Below, piece after piece: positions 35,430 to 47,313 of a DNA stretch of 64,000 bases. The notes beneath the pieces were generated by a model. It ran no database searches. It had not been told where the DNA came from and saw nothing but the letters and a program-made list of their open reading frames with translations. This DNA is from Azolla caroliniana (lineage: Eukaryota > Plantae > Polypodiophyta), in the NCBI GenBank assembly GCA_043228905.1, contig JBHGNT010000017.1, positions 11,966,001 to 12,030,000 of the forward strand, written 5' to 3'. Made by a program: the position numbers and the translations under genes. Numbering within the stretch: position 1 is the first letter of the stretch; each line of letters starts with the position of its first letter.

Positions 35430-38197
35430 CCTTCAATCTTCCTCCAAAATGTCCAGAATGCTCTGGTCCAAGGGTTCTAAAGGCTCATCGGGGAGTTGCT
35501 CTGTCGTTGGCTGCCGCTCCTGCTTCCGCTGCTGCTGCTGCTGCTACTGCTTCGGCTCCGGCTCCTCTGGTCTTTCCGGTTCTACTGGTCTCGAGGCTTC
35601 TGGTTTTGGTTCCGTCGGTTTGGGCTCCTCCTGCTGATGGTTACCGGTGTGCAGGTTTTCCTCCTTTGGTTGTTCCTCTAGAGTTTCATTCGGCATCTGC
35701 TTCGAAGACTGCTCTTCGTCACTGATATTGATCGCCGCAGTTCTTCTAGTTACCTCATGCCGTTGCCATTGTCGTTCATACCGTTCAAACTGGAGTTGTG
35801 TATCCAGCTGGTCATCATCTAGTTCTTCCACCAATCGCCTCACTGCTGCCAATTGGTCCCCGGCTAACGATAGGAAGTCGTCCGACAATTCCTCCCTTAT
35901 GGCTACAATGTTTTCTTCGTCCAGCTTATAGAAATCGTTGTCGTCCTTCCTTCAGTTTTCCGCATCTGCTCTCAGCAATTGTAACTCCGTTGCCTGCTTA
36001 GCCCATTTAGACCACCATTGAACCGAACTGTCTTCCACCAGTCTCTTCGTCCGGTCTCGCCATGACAACACCAAATCACGGATTCGGCCTAGCCCCATCA
36101 TCGACTTATTCTCCGCGACTTGTTTTTCTTCTTTCAATTGTTTGATAAGGCTCGCGGTTGGCACTTCTTGGCTTCTGTAATGCATGAGTTGTGTGTGATA
36201 AGTAGTCTGCACTTTGTCTAGAGCCATTGTAGCGCGTTCCATTGCCTGAGAGTGCTGTCGGGTCAACTCCATCCATTCTTTCGCTGCTTCCGCCAGTCTT
36301 TTCGCTGCTTCAGTCCCCTTCGACTGCTCCTCCACCAGGGCCGGTGCTGTCTAGTTAACCTCCTCCCGAAGTTCCCGTAACTTCTCCTACTGCCGGTCAC
36401 TTTCCGTGATCAATTTCTTGTGTTCTGCATCCAAGTGTTTGTGATCCTAGTGCAGCCGATCAAAGTCGTTTGGTTTTTGTTTCAGCCTTTGATTGATCAG
36501 ACGGCGAGCACGATCCTCCCAGTCTTTTTGTTGTCGGAGCTCTTCTTTGAGTCGCTCGATCTCTACTTCCGCTGAGTGCTAGAGTATGTCCTTTTCCTGC
36601 AGGAGTTTTTATTTTTCTTCCTTCAGTCGGTCATATGCTTGATCACCTTTTCGCAGGCTTTCCTCGGCTCTTCCTCTGCCGCCTTCTTCCCTTCACGTTC
36701 TCTAGCCCTTAAGGCCTCCTGGGCTTCCAATTCTTCTTTCAGCGTGGCGAGTTCTTGTTCCTATGCCTTATTCGTATCCAGGGCTATTTCAATCATCGGG
36801 GTCTTCTTATTCTGAACACTCACCGGTGCCACCGGTTCTAATTGTTTTGGTCCTTCGATGACTAGCTTCGCCGCCTCTTCTCTGGTCTTTTACATTTCTT
36901 GTTCCATGCTCCGGATTCTTGACCGAGCCTTCTCTAGTTCTTTGGTTGTGGCAAGCAACCGGTCACCGTGTGCTCTTTCTTTTGCTTCTATGTGGCACAC
37001 CACCCCAGCCACTTGTTCTCCTATCCACCGTAGCCATTGGTTGTCGGTGCTTTGTTGCCGTGTCGGTTCTAGTCGTGGTGTGGCTTCCTCACTCACCAGG
37101 AACCTATTTTGGGTGGTTAGTGGTAGTTCCTGTTGTTGTTGTTGCAGCTGAGTCGGCGACACCGGCAATTCAATCACCGGTTTTTGAATATTCGGTTCCA
37201 CTATCTCTTGCCGCACAGGTGCTTCTAACACTGGAGCTGGTTGAACCAGTTCTGACTCCATCGTAGGCTGCGGCTCCTCGGGGCGGGGCTTTGGTATACT
37301 ATCCCTTACCGGACTTGATTCCTCCCCTTTGTGGCCCTCGTCGCGTGTTTGTTTGCGATGTAATAGGGGCTCGACAGGTTCTTCTTCCTGTTCTTCGGCT
37401 AGGGTTCCGCTATTGATTAACGCCGCCAAGGGTTCTTGCTCTTGTTGTTGTGCAGATTGTTGTTCGGGCCGGCGAAGCTTAATTTTTAAGGGTCTCACTG
37501 GTGTTTCCACCGGTGTCTCCTTCTCTGTCGTACGCTTCCGACTAGGCTGCTCCTTCGCCTTCTGTGAGGAGTTGGCTGTGTTCCATCCGATCGCTTGTTT
37601 AGCTAGGAGTTGCTGCCTTTTTGAAGATTGGTTGGGGGTTGATTCATTCAGTTTCCCCCGATTCTTCGGCTGTATCGGCTCTACTAGCGACGCTAAAAGA
37701 GTGAGCCATTGCGCCACCGCTGTCCACATCTTCTTACCATCCTTTACTGAGTCTATGGCCGCGCTCAGACTATCAGCGATGATCACCAGCCAATCCACCT
37801 GTACTCCCTCATAAGTCGCTATTATAAGACCGGTTCTGTTCTTTGGCATAGATGGGGGTCGAGGGTGTACATGCCCATACTCATGAAGCACACAAGCTAT
37901 TTCTCGGAATAGAGCGTCCGCGCCGCCTTGCGTGTCGTACGCCTTGCTGGCCAGGGAGTACCCACCAAAGAACTTCGTGAGAATCTCCAATGAAGGGTTG
38001 TCGATCGAGAATATTCCGCCCTCTGGTAAGCCGGGCATGGCGCGGATGACCTCTTCTATGATGACCTCCGTATCGATCTCCTGCACGACTTTCTCCGCCT
38101 CGCCGTGCGGAGGTGCCTCGACGATTCTTAGGAACCCTTCCAACCCGTGTTGCCTGAACCATTTCTTGGCCGCTTCCGAGAATGCCATGTGTTCCAT
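35430..38197 (-). pseudogene. Extra coiled-coil ORF of Gypsy F
   Basis: ORFs 36890..38197, 35952..36335 and 35544..35888; WFRQHGLEGFLRIVE, IIATYEGVQVDW, WLRWIGEQV, WWSKWAKQATELQLLRAD. Confidence 0.8.
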
Positions 38198-38559
38198 GTC
38201 GTCGTTTGAGTCTGTGGGACTTGGTCAAGCTAGTACGCCTATGCGTTCTTCTGGCGTTCGTCTGATCACTCTTAATCGGCTGTGTGCGTTTAGTGCTCTG
38301 TTCTCGCAAAATGAGAGGGACTCTACGAGGTAGAGATTTTGTCGAGCTCCATGTGTGCGCTTAGTGTTGTGTTCTTGATTCCCGCGCATGCACGTCGTGT
38401 ACTATAATAGCAGTCGGTTGACACGTGGTGTGCTTTTAAATAGGCTTTAATTAGCCACCAACCACACACCTTTTCAAAGTGCCCGTTCGTCGTTCACTCC
38501 TCGCCTATGCATGATGACTTCTTCTTCTTTTTTTCAATAATTAAGCGTTAGTCCCGGAT

Positions 38560-41500
38560 GTCTGGTAACACCAGCTCCTCTTGGTTGCTGGCCAATTGCT
38601 TGCCGCTTCCGATTCCCGCCTCGGTCTCAACCGGATGGAACGGGTTTGGTGGCATGGCCCCGTAATAGGGTTTAAGGCGGATCCCATTTAACCATTTGTC
38701 CAGTACTTCGTCGGCAAGCGTGCCTAACTGGTAAGAATCGTTGAATTCTCACATGATCCAATATTGTCCGGTCCACCGGAACCATAGCTTGCCGGGCATC
38801 TTACCCGTCTGGGTTTGAAACACAAGCATCGGCTTGCCGATTCCAAACAACTTCTCATTGCCCTTCCGGTGTCGGTCGATGAATGCCTTCCTTTGTCGCG
38901 ACTCCAGTTCCAACTACATGATACTCGCTATCCAATGCTCTTCCAGCTCACATAGTGCCGCCAATAAGATTTTCTCTGATTCCTTTTCACTCAGTCGCTC
39001 TCGGACTTGTATCCGTAAGCTCGGTACTTGAAATTTAATCGGCATCACCACTTCTAGTCCGAATGCTAGCTGGAATGGTGTCGTCCTGATGCTCGTTTTA
39101 TACGCCGTTCGGTAAGCCCATCATGCATTGTGCAACTTCGTGTCCCAATCGGTCTGGTTCTCATTGATGATCTTCCGGAGGATGTTCTGTAGTGTTTTGT
39201 TGGTGGACTCGGCCAGTCCATTGGCCTGCGGGTAGTATGGAGTGCTGCGCTTGTGTACTACTGCGTAGAATGTTGTTAGGCTCTCCACTACTTTGACCGA
39301 GGAAGTGTCCACCCTGGTCACTAATTAATTCGATTGGACATCCGTAACGACACCAGATATACTTGTGGAGAAACTTCGTCGTTGATGCCGCAGTATTGTC
39401 TCGCAAAGCCTTGGCCTCAACCCACTTGGTGCAATAGTCCATAGTGACAATGACGTATCTGTTGCCGATTCGCATGGTTGGCAGCTTGAATGGTCCGACG
39501 AAGTCCAGCCCGCATTTTTGAAATGGTTCCAAGGGTAGTACTGGCTGGTGAGGCATCTGTGCCTATTCTGTCAGTTGGCCCATTCGTTGACACAAATCAC
39601 ATTCCTTCGTGTATCGAACGGAATCTTTCAGCGTCGTTGGCCATCATAGCCCACGACGCCATATCTTTCTTGCTGTAGCTTCACCGCCATAGTGTCCTCC
39701 GGTGACTCCGCAATGTGCTTCCCGTAATATAATGTCCTTTTCATCGCTCCGCACCGCTCTCCGCCATATTCCATCGGCTCCCTTGTGGTATAGGGTGTCC
39801 TGTAATAAACAAAAATGCCAGCTTTGGACCACCAATCGTTTCGGCTTGTCTCTGTTCATCTCTTCCGGTAGTAGTCCCATGCTTAAGAACTGATGCATGT
39901 TCGTTAACCAGTTGTCCTCATCCAGAACTGTCCTATTCGCCATGGTTTCTGCTGTGATTTTAAACAGTTCGGCATCCGGAAACTCATCTAGTACACCGTC
40001 ACCAGTCTCGTCGGTTTTTAACCAGCTCAAATAGTCGACAATCGCGTGTTGTATACCCGGTCGGTGATAAATTTCGAACTCGAATTCCTATAGTAGGAAT
40101 GTCCACCGGGCCAGTTTACATGTGAGGGATGCCTAGAGACCAAGTATAAAAGTGCAGAATGGTCTCCGTGAAATGAAAATTTACAGCCCAACAAATAGTG
40201 TCGGAACTTCGTGACACTGTAAATCATCCCCAAGGCCTCTCTTTCTATTGCGGAGTAATTTCATTCCACTTGTGACAGTTTCCGGCTTGCATAGTATACT
40301 AACCAATACCACTTGGGTTCGGTCAACTGCATAAGTGCGCTGCCGATTGCTATGTATGACGCATCGACGAACACATGAAACTCTTTGGACCACTCCGGGG
40401 GTTGTACTATCGGTGCTTGTGATAGTAGTACTTTTAGCGCGCGGTAAGTGTCATCCTCTGTAGCCGTCCATTGAAACGGTGTTGCAAGATCTACCAAATA
40501 CCGAAGCATCCGACTATGCCGCCGAATTTGTCCTAAAAATCTTCTTAATGCTTTGGCCGTCGTTGGTGCCGTGCTTGCAGAATTGCCACAACTTTGTCCA
40601 GGTCTAGTGCTATCCCGTCCTTGCTGAAAATATGGCCAAGTAGCGTACCACTAGCCACCCCGAACACAGACTTTGTTGGGTTCAAGCTTAGCTGGTACCG
40701 TCTGCATTTTTGTAGGCATAACCGGAGATTGGTCAGGTGCTCCCCTTCCCGGCTATACACCGCGAAGTCATCTAGGAACACCTGCATAAACACCGGGATG
40801 AACTCTCCAAATATTTCCATGATTATCCGTTGAAAGGTAGCCGATGCCGTCTTGGGGCCAAACATCATCACTACGGCAACAAAAGCTCCCCACTTGGTAA
40901 TGAACGCCATCTTTTCTTGGTCATCGCGGTGCATCCGTATTTGATTGTAACCGTTGAATCCATCTAGGAAGCTATATACCTCATGATCGGCTACTGCGTC
41001 AAGAACTCCATCTGTGAATAGAAGTGGAAAGCCATCTGTCATCGTCGTGGCATTCAGTTTCCTGTAATCGACGCACACCCGGATCTTCCCATTCTTCTTC
41101 GGCACGACGACTATCAGACTCAACCATGTGGCTTTCTTTACCGGCCGGAAAAATCTGACTCGGAGTAATTTGTCGATCTCTTCTTTTACCCTTACCACAT
41201 AATTAGGGTTCATTCGGTAGTGCCTTTGTGCTATCGGTTTGGCGTCTTTGCTGAGATGTATCTGATGTTGATACAGTTGCGGATCCAGCCCTCGCATATC
41301 CTCATAGGACCAGGAAAATACGTCCCGGAATTCTTTCAATAATGTAATCATTGCCGTTTTGTCTTCCGGTGACATCTCTTTGAGAATATGTACTGGTCGT
41401 GCTTCCTCTCCAGTTCCCAAGTCTACTTCTTTTAGTTGGGATGACTTCACCCTTTGAGATACGGCCATTTCCCGTTTCAGGGCCTCCTCTGCTTGGCGTA

Positions 41501-44120
41501 GTTCTCTGACGACATCTCTATTCGGTTCCTCTCCAGCATCTTTTTGTTGTGCAATATACGGAGAGACTGCTTCGGCCACATCTATTTCGAACAAGGGTAC
41601 GATTTTTGGATTATCCTCGAGATACTGATCAACTTCCTCGTCAGCGAGCCCTTCCAACATATTAACGCTTTTAGTGTATAATGGTGTTAGCTCTTTTCCG
41701 GTTCCGGTTTGTGGATGTGTCGGTACCGATACTTTGGTTTTGCCTCGTCGGAACATAATCACGTTCTTTCGCCTGTTTTGCTTAATGTGCGCCATGCGCA
41801 ACCATGGTCATCCAACCAATAGTGGGTAAGCCCCTTGGGTATTTAAATGGAGAACCACCGCAGAAATGCGGAATGCATGTCCTCCAATTGCTACCTCCAG
41901 ATCTCATATTAAACCGGTGGATCTTACCGAAATCTTATCTGCTATCCGGAACCAAAACGGACAAGGCTCCCACTCCTGGATTCCCAGGGTATCACAAGTA
42001 CGGAGGCTGATTACATTGACGCCCGATCCTGCGTCGACGATCGTCCGTGGTAGCTCGCGTCCTTTCACAATGGAAGTGATTGCCGGACTGCTTGTGTCCA
42101 CCACCATCGGCGCTTCCTTTGGGTTGGAAAAGAAAGTCGGAGCCGGCGACGAGTCTGGTGGTGTTATTGCCGATTTCAGCCCATTCGTGAACCGGGGTAC
42201 TAATTGTAGTAGCTGACCTAATGGCAACGTAATTTGACATTCCTGTAACGCCTGCCATGTTGGGTTTTCTAACTGTATTGTGTTAGTGAGCTCCGCCGGT
42301 GCCTCCTTTTGTTGTTTGACTTTGGCTGCATTCCGCTCATTCGCCTTTTCTACCCATTCAGTGGCCTATTTCCAGATAGCCTCTTGTGCTTCCCACTCCG
42401 TCGTCTTTCCTTTTGACCTGATGGTGGTGACTTGTTGTATATCTACGACCTCTGCTTTCCGGGTATTGCTGGATTCTGCTTTTGGCCTGGTACTTGGTTG
42501 AAATCCTGTTGCAGGCCGATTAGGCTCTTCCTTTCGTCTTTGTTCTAGCTCGGTGCCACTCAAGGCTCTCTCCGGCTCTCATGGGTATTCCTTCGCCGGT
42601 TCTTGATGCTCCTCCTTTCGAGTGTTTCGTTTCTTATTAAAATGTCAGTGGTTCTTATATCCCTGTCGGCAACGATCTTTGTAATCCCCGCGTTGATCTT
42701 CTCTTCTCCGGTTGTAACTTGGAGAGTAATCGCGATCAGAACGGTCGCAATTATAATCCCAGTACTTGTCGTACCAGTCCCGGTCATAATTTTCCCTTCT
42801 GTCGCTGTACCAGACATCCTGAACTGGCCGGTAACGCTTGTCTCGATGCCAACATTCGTCTTCCTCTTCTTGGTCGATGTGGGTATCGATTTGTCTTACC
42901 GGTGCCGCTTGCCAGTTCAGTAAGTTATATTCGCATCGGTCCATTGTGTGCGACCTGGAATGGCATAACATGCATTGTGACCGCATGGTACATTCTACGG
43001 TAGAGTGCTCGACATTGAGACAAGTCGTACATTGTATATTTTGCTGAAAACGTAAGTTTTTCCCTATCGATAATGTACGCTGGAGTGCCCCCATTGTTAG
43101 CCACGAGCTCATTTTCTCCATCTCCCTAATCCGGTCTATGACCTGGTCAATCGTGCTAGTGCGGAAATAAATGACTGCGCACACCGTACGCAGGGGTTCC
43201 CGGACTGCTGTTAGGAATATTGTTTTAGCCTCTGCTTCCGGTGATGGCCGACTTAGCTGGCTGTGCATCCGCTGAAACCGGATTACGAATTGTTGAATGG
43301 TTTCTGTAGGTTCCTGCCGTATAGTGTAGAATAGGCCGACCATCTCTCGTTGATCCACCTCCTTGTTGAAGAATTGTAAAAATCTGGTTTTCAAGTCCTC
43401 AAACGTAGTGATGGTGCCGGGAAGGTGCGTCAAGCACCATTGCGTGGCTGGTCCTTCCAAAGTCATGCCGAACTCTATGATCTTCGATCGTTCTGCTTCG
43501 GTGGCGTTTAAGCGTTGCGACACATGGTTTGCTTCCCATGTTTGTAGAAATGCATACACATGGGCTTCCGCGGTGTCGGAACTCGAGCTAGTAGTGACAG
43601 AGGTCTCTCCCCCTCTTCTATTGGAGGCGGTGTCGGAGGTTTTTCCTCCTCTTTTTTCGGAGGCGGTTTCGGAGGCCTTTCCTCCTCTTTTTCTGGTGTT
43701 GAAGGTCTTCCCTCTTCCTCCTTTGGAGGCCCGCGTGGCAGTGTCAGAGGTTGATCTCCCTCGTGCCTTCCTGAAGCTTCCAGTTCTGTTATCGCCGGTT
43801 TCGGTGTCGGTATATTAGTCGAATACTCGTCCTCTGGTCCGTCTGGGGTGTCATGACTGCTGTGGTAATTCGAATGTGCATTGTACTCGCCGTCTAAATC
43901 CGATTCAAACGCCGAAAATGGTTCTGAATCACCTTCTCCCGCTGCTAATGCCTGAAGGATGGATCCTGCTTCTCTCAGACTACTTAAACTGTTTCCTTTG
44001 TTTGGATGGGATTTTTACTGCACACAGAGGGACTCCACGACCACTCGCCGGATCACCTTTGAAAAGGATCAATCCGAGCAGATTTCTTCCGCCACCTGGT
44101 GGTACGCTTCGCGCTTCCGC
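38560..44120 (-). pseudogene. gag-pol: Gypsy F gag-pol, frameshifted; no additional archaeal-type RNase H and no chromodomain seen
   Basis: ORFs 42645..43559 (gag), 41904..42227 (IVDAGSGVN), 40545..41801 (RT), 40261..40509 (RH), 39644..40030 and 39161..39556 (INT). Confidence 0.9.
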
Positions 44121-47100
44121 AATCGTTCGGCGAGTCATCGCACTCGCTCCGTTGCTGGGTCGTTTGTTGGTCTAGTCTTCCATGCCCCCACTGTTCACTA
44201 CACTTGAGCAGGAATCGTGGTCGCCAAAAATTATGTTACTCCTTGGGGCAGGACTAGCCCTAACACAGGGTGTCCCTCTAGGAAACTTCACCAAAGGGTG
44301 GTGCATGTGGGGTAGTCATAGACCGTGATACAAACGTATTCCTAACCGGCTATTAGCCGGTGTGGTTAATGATGTCAATACACGCGTAAGATAGATTCTA
44401 TTAAGCACAGAACGGTAATTAACTAAAGCTTCGAAGATTAAACAAGATATAGAACAACAACACTTTCATTAATAAACCGTTAACTCATTACAATCTAACC
44501 GGGTCCTTTTATAGGTCACCGGCTCTGGGTACGAACCGGTGCCAACCGGCAACCGGCTACGAACCGGTCCGGATCCGGATCGGCATACTAAATCCGGTCC
44601 GTCCATTCGCTTCTCAAAATATAATAATTATAGATAGTTCTAAAATAAATATCCCTTTCCCATTCTGGTCTTTATTCGGCTTGTAAGTCTTTGCCGGTCA
44701 ACAAAAGGTTGGCCCTTTTCTGGTATTTCGGGTCTCGGATCCTTTCGATCCTTCAACGTAGTGCGAGCTTTGCCAATTCCCTTGTCTGGCCTTACCGAAT
44801 CCGGAATTATCCGAATCGGCTCACTTCTTTCAACACTATCTTTCTCTATGGCCCTTCCAGCCATAGTACCAACATTCTGTTTTGATCTTTTATTGGTTTT
44901 CGGCACCGCTTTGACTCCCCCTGCTTTTGAAGGGTCCAAAATTGTTGTCGGCACTATCTTTGTGCCTCCGATTCTGCTCTTGCCGGTTGTTGCTATTGCG
45001 TGCCGACCCACCTTGTCCTTCATGCCCACGGGGCTGATTTGCATCTGTGTACAACATCCGGCTATTCGATTGAGTGGCCCTTGACCCACTTGCGTAGTTT
45101 TCTTCAACCATGAGCCTCGATTGCAAGTCGAAGAAGGACGGTGACTTCTCATGGGTGCGAATTGTCGTCCCGATTGGCCCGTACCGGTGTGTTAAACCAC
45201 CGAGGCAGATTTGGACCATCTCGTCTTCGTCCACTATCACTGTCACGTTGATGAACCCGAGCGCATCGTAGATCTCCTTGATCTTGGTAGTGTAGTCGGT
45301 TGCTAGATACTGTTGAGCTCTTGCCGGAGCTGCAACTTCCGAGTCATGGTACTTGCGGTGAAAATCTTCCAGATATTTTCCCAGGCCTCCTTCAGTCTCT
45401 GATATAGCTAAGCATCTGGTTGTGCAGACAGGATGCGAGGTATACAATACTCTTCTCGCTCCTTGCTCCCATACCGGGAAGTTCTTGTGTGGCGAATCCG
45501 GCATTGCTTCATTTTCACCTCCCACTTAGCTTCAGTATCCGTGCCCCAATAGGTAATGATGCATTTTGTACGACAAGGAAACATAGTTGCTCTTGTCGGG
45601 CTTTTTTGTTGGAAGCGAGCTCGTCATGCTTTTGTTCATATCTTCCTTTCTATTCTTTACCGGGTGTTAGGGTTTGTCTGTGAGCGTCACTCGTTGGCAA
45701 CAAAGGATTCCCAACCCTTGCGCTCTCATACCATGTAAATCTGTGGAAGCTTACTTAAATCTGCTCAACCGGATACTAGCAGTAAGACAGAAATCAGGGT
45801 TTAATGGTAGCTTAAGAATACATAGTACAAGGGAGAGATAGAGAGAGCAGAATAACATCAACTTAATTCAAAAACAATAACACACAGTTTTTACAAACGT
45901 CCTACAGAACAATTTTTAAACAAGTCCTTAAAAGGACTAACAAAAGTACTGACATGTACTTCAATGCTCATACGAGCGGCTGACACTAACTCCAATGAAT
46001 ATGCCTACGTACTAGGTTCAGATCGTAGGCTCCAACGGCCTACCGGTTCTCACTATTCCAGAGTACAATCCGGTTGTCTGATCCGGCTCTAGGTTCCATA
46101 TACCGATATATCCAGATACCTATCTGGTTCTTTGTTCCGGATACCGATCCAAGTCTAGCTTACTCAGCCTATAGTAACATATTCGAGCCTTTTTCATGAT
46201 TGTAACATATTCGAGGGATGTCTTGAGTATCTACTCTACCTATAGTAGTAGTTGCCCTTCTACCCTTCTTAGAAATACTCACCACCTTCCTCCATTCTCT
46301 ACGTACCTTAGGAACTAGTTCATAATTCTTGGGCAAAGGTCATATCCACTTTCCTTTCTTTCAAGCCTTTCAACAATGAATATGATTCTTGATTTAAACC
46401 TAATGGATAATCCTTGATAGCTATCCTATTGTTTGATTCTTGAAGTTTCTTTCCTTGCTTATCCCTATGATTACTAGGTTCTCCCTCTTGTGGTATTGCT
46501 CCATGTTTCACCTTATTATGCAACCTAGCTCTCGTTCTTGAGCCTTCCTCGTGCTCCTCTACACGAGCTCTCATTCCTACTAAAACATCATATGAATCCC
46601 CATCTAGCATGACCTTCCCACATGTTGTATTTAAGGCATCATTTACATTATCATTCTTCTTAAACTCAACCAAATTAATACCATGAGAATCTACTTGATT
46701 TTGTGACCTTTGCTCTTCTTCTCTTCTTGGAATCGGGAGAAATACCTCCTCCTTCTCTCTTATGATGTGGACAATTTGGTGAAATAAGCCCTCGTTCAAA
46801 ACAATTATAACATTGCACATTGGGATTTTGCCTCCCAATATCTTTCTTTTTTTGAGAAATTTGCATAGATCTTGTAAGTTCAGCTTGGTTGATACACATC
46901 TTACTTACTTCATCAGTCATCTTTGCCACTTGTTGTGCAAGATCCATGGCCCCACTTGTAGAAGACTCTCGCCATGAAGACACATCAGGACTTTTCTCAT
47001 GTACCATGTGAACATATGGTGTCACACCTTCAATAGCTTCATCATCTTCTCTCATGTCCCTCTGAAGCTTTCTCATCCTCTTTCTCTATTTCCTTATTGT

Positions 47101-47313
47101 CACCTCTTTTTCCCTTTCAAAAGATTCAGGTTCCTTATTATCTACCTTCTATTTAATATCCTCATGCAAGGCTACAATAAATTGGTCATGCTTCATAAAA
47201 TCGGGCGAAACTTGATCATTTCCTTATCTCTCCAATATCCTATATAAATCTTCAAACCTCCTAATAAAATTCCTAATATCCTCTTCATACCCTTGCCTTA
47301 CCCTTCTAATATC

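Larger units (their letters stand above)
34910..44703 (-). mobile_element. Non-chromoviral Gypsy element F; structurally complete (gag-PR-RT-RH-INT-extra ORF) but degenerate
   Basis: 470-bp LTRs at 34910-35379 and 44234-44703; TSD aacgg/aaagg (1 mismatch); PBS TGGCGACCAC 7 nt inside the 5' LTR. Confidence 0.95.
31332..46169 (-). mobile_element. Old degenerate Ty1/Copia element J; host of F; 3' LTR interrupted by C
   Basis: 3' LTR remnant 31332-31430 with PPT 31431-31449; degraded RH/RT/INT/PR 31450-34909; gag 44704-45560; PBS-like TGGTATGAGAGCG 45721-45733; 5' LTR 45734-~46169, truncated. Confidence 0.85.

Noticed and set aside
35430-38197. Extra ORF as a retroviral envelope
   Set aside because: No signal peptide or transmembrane helix; charged coiled coil instead.
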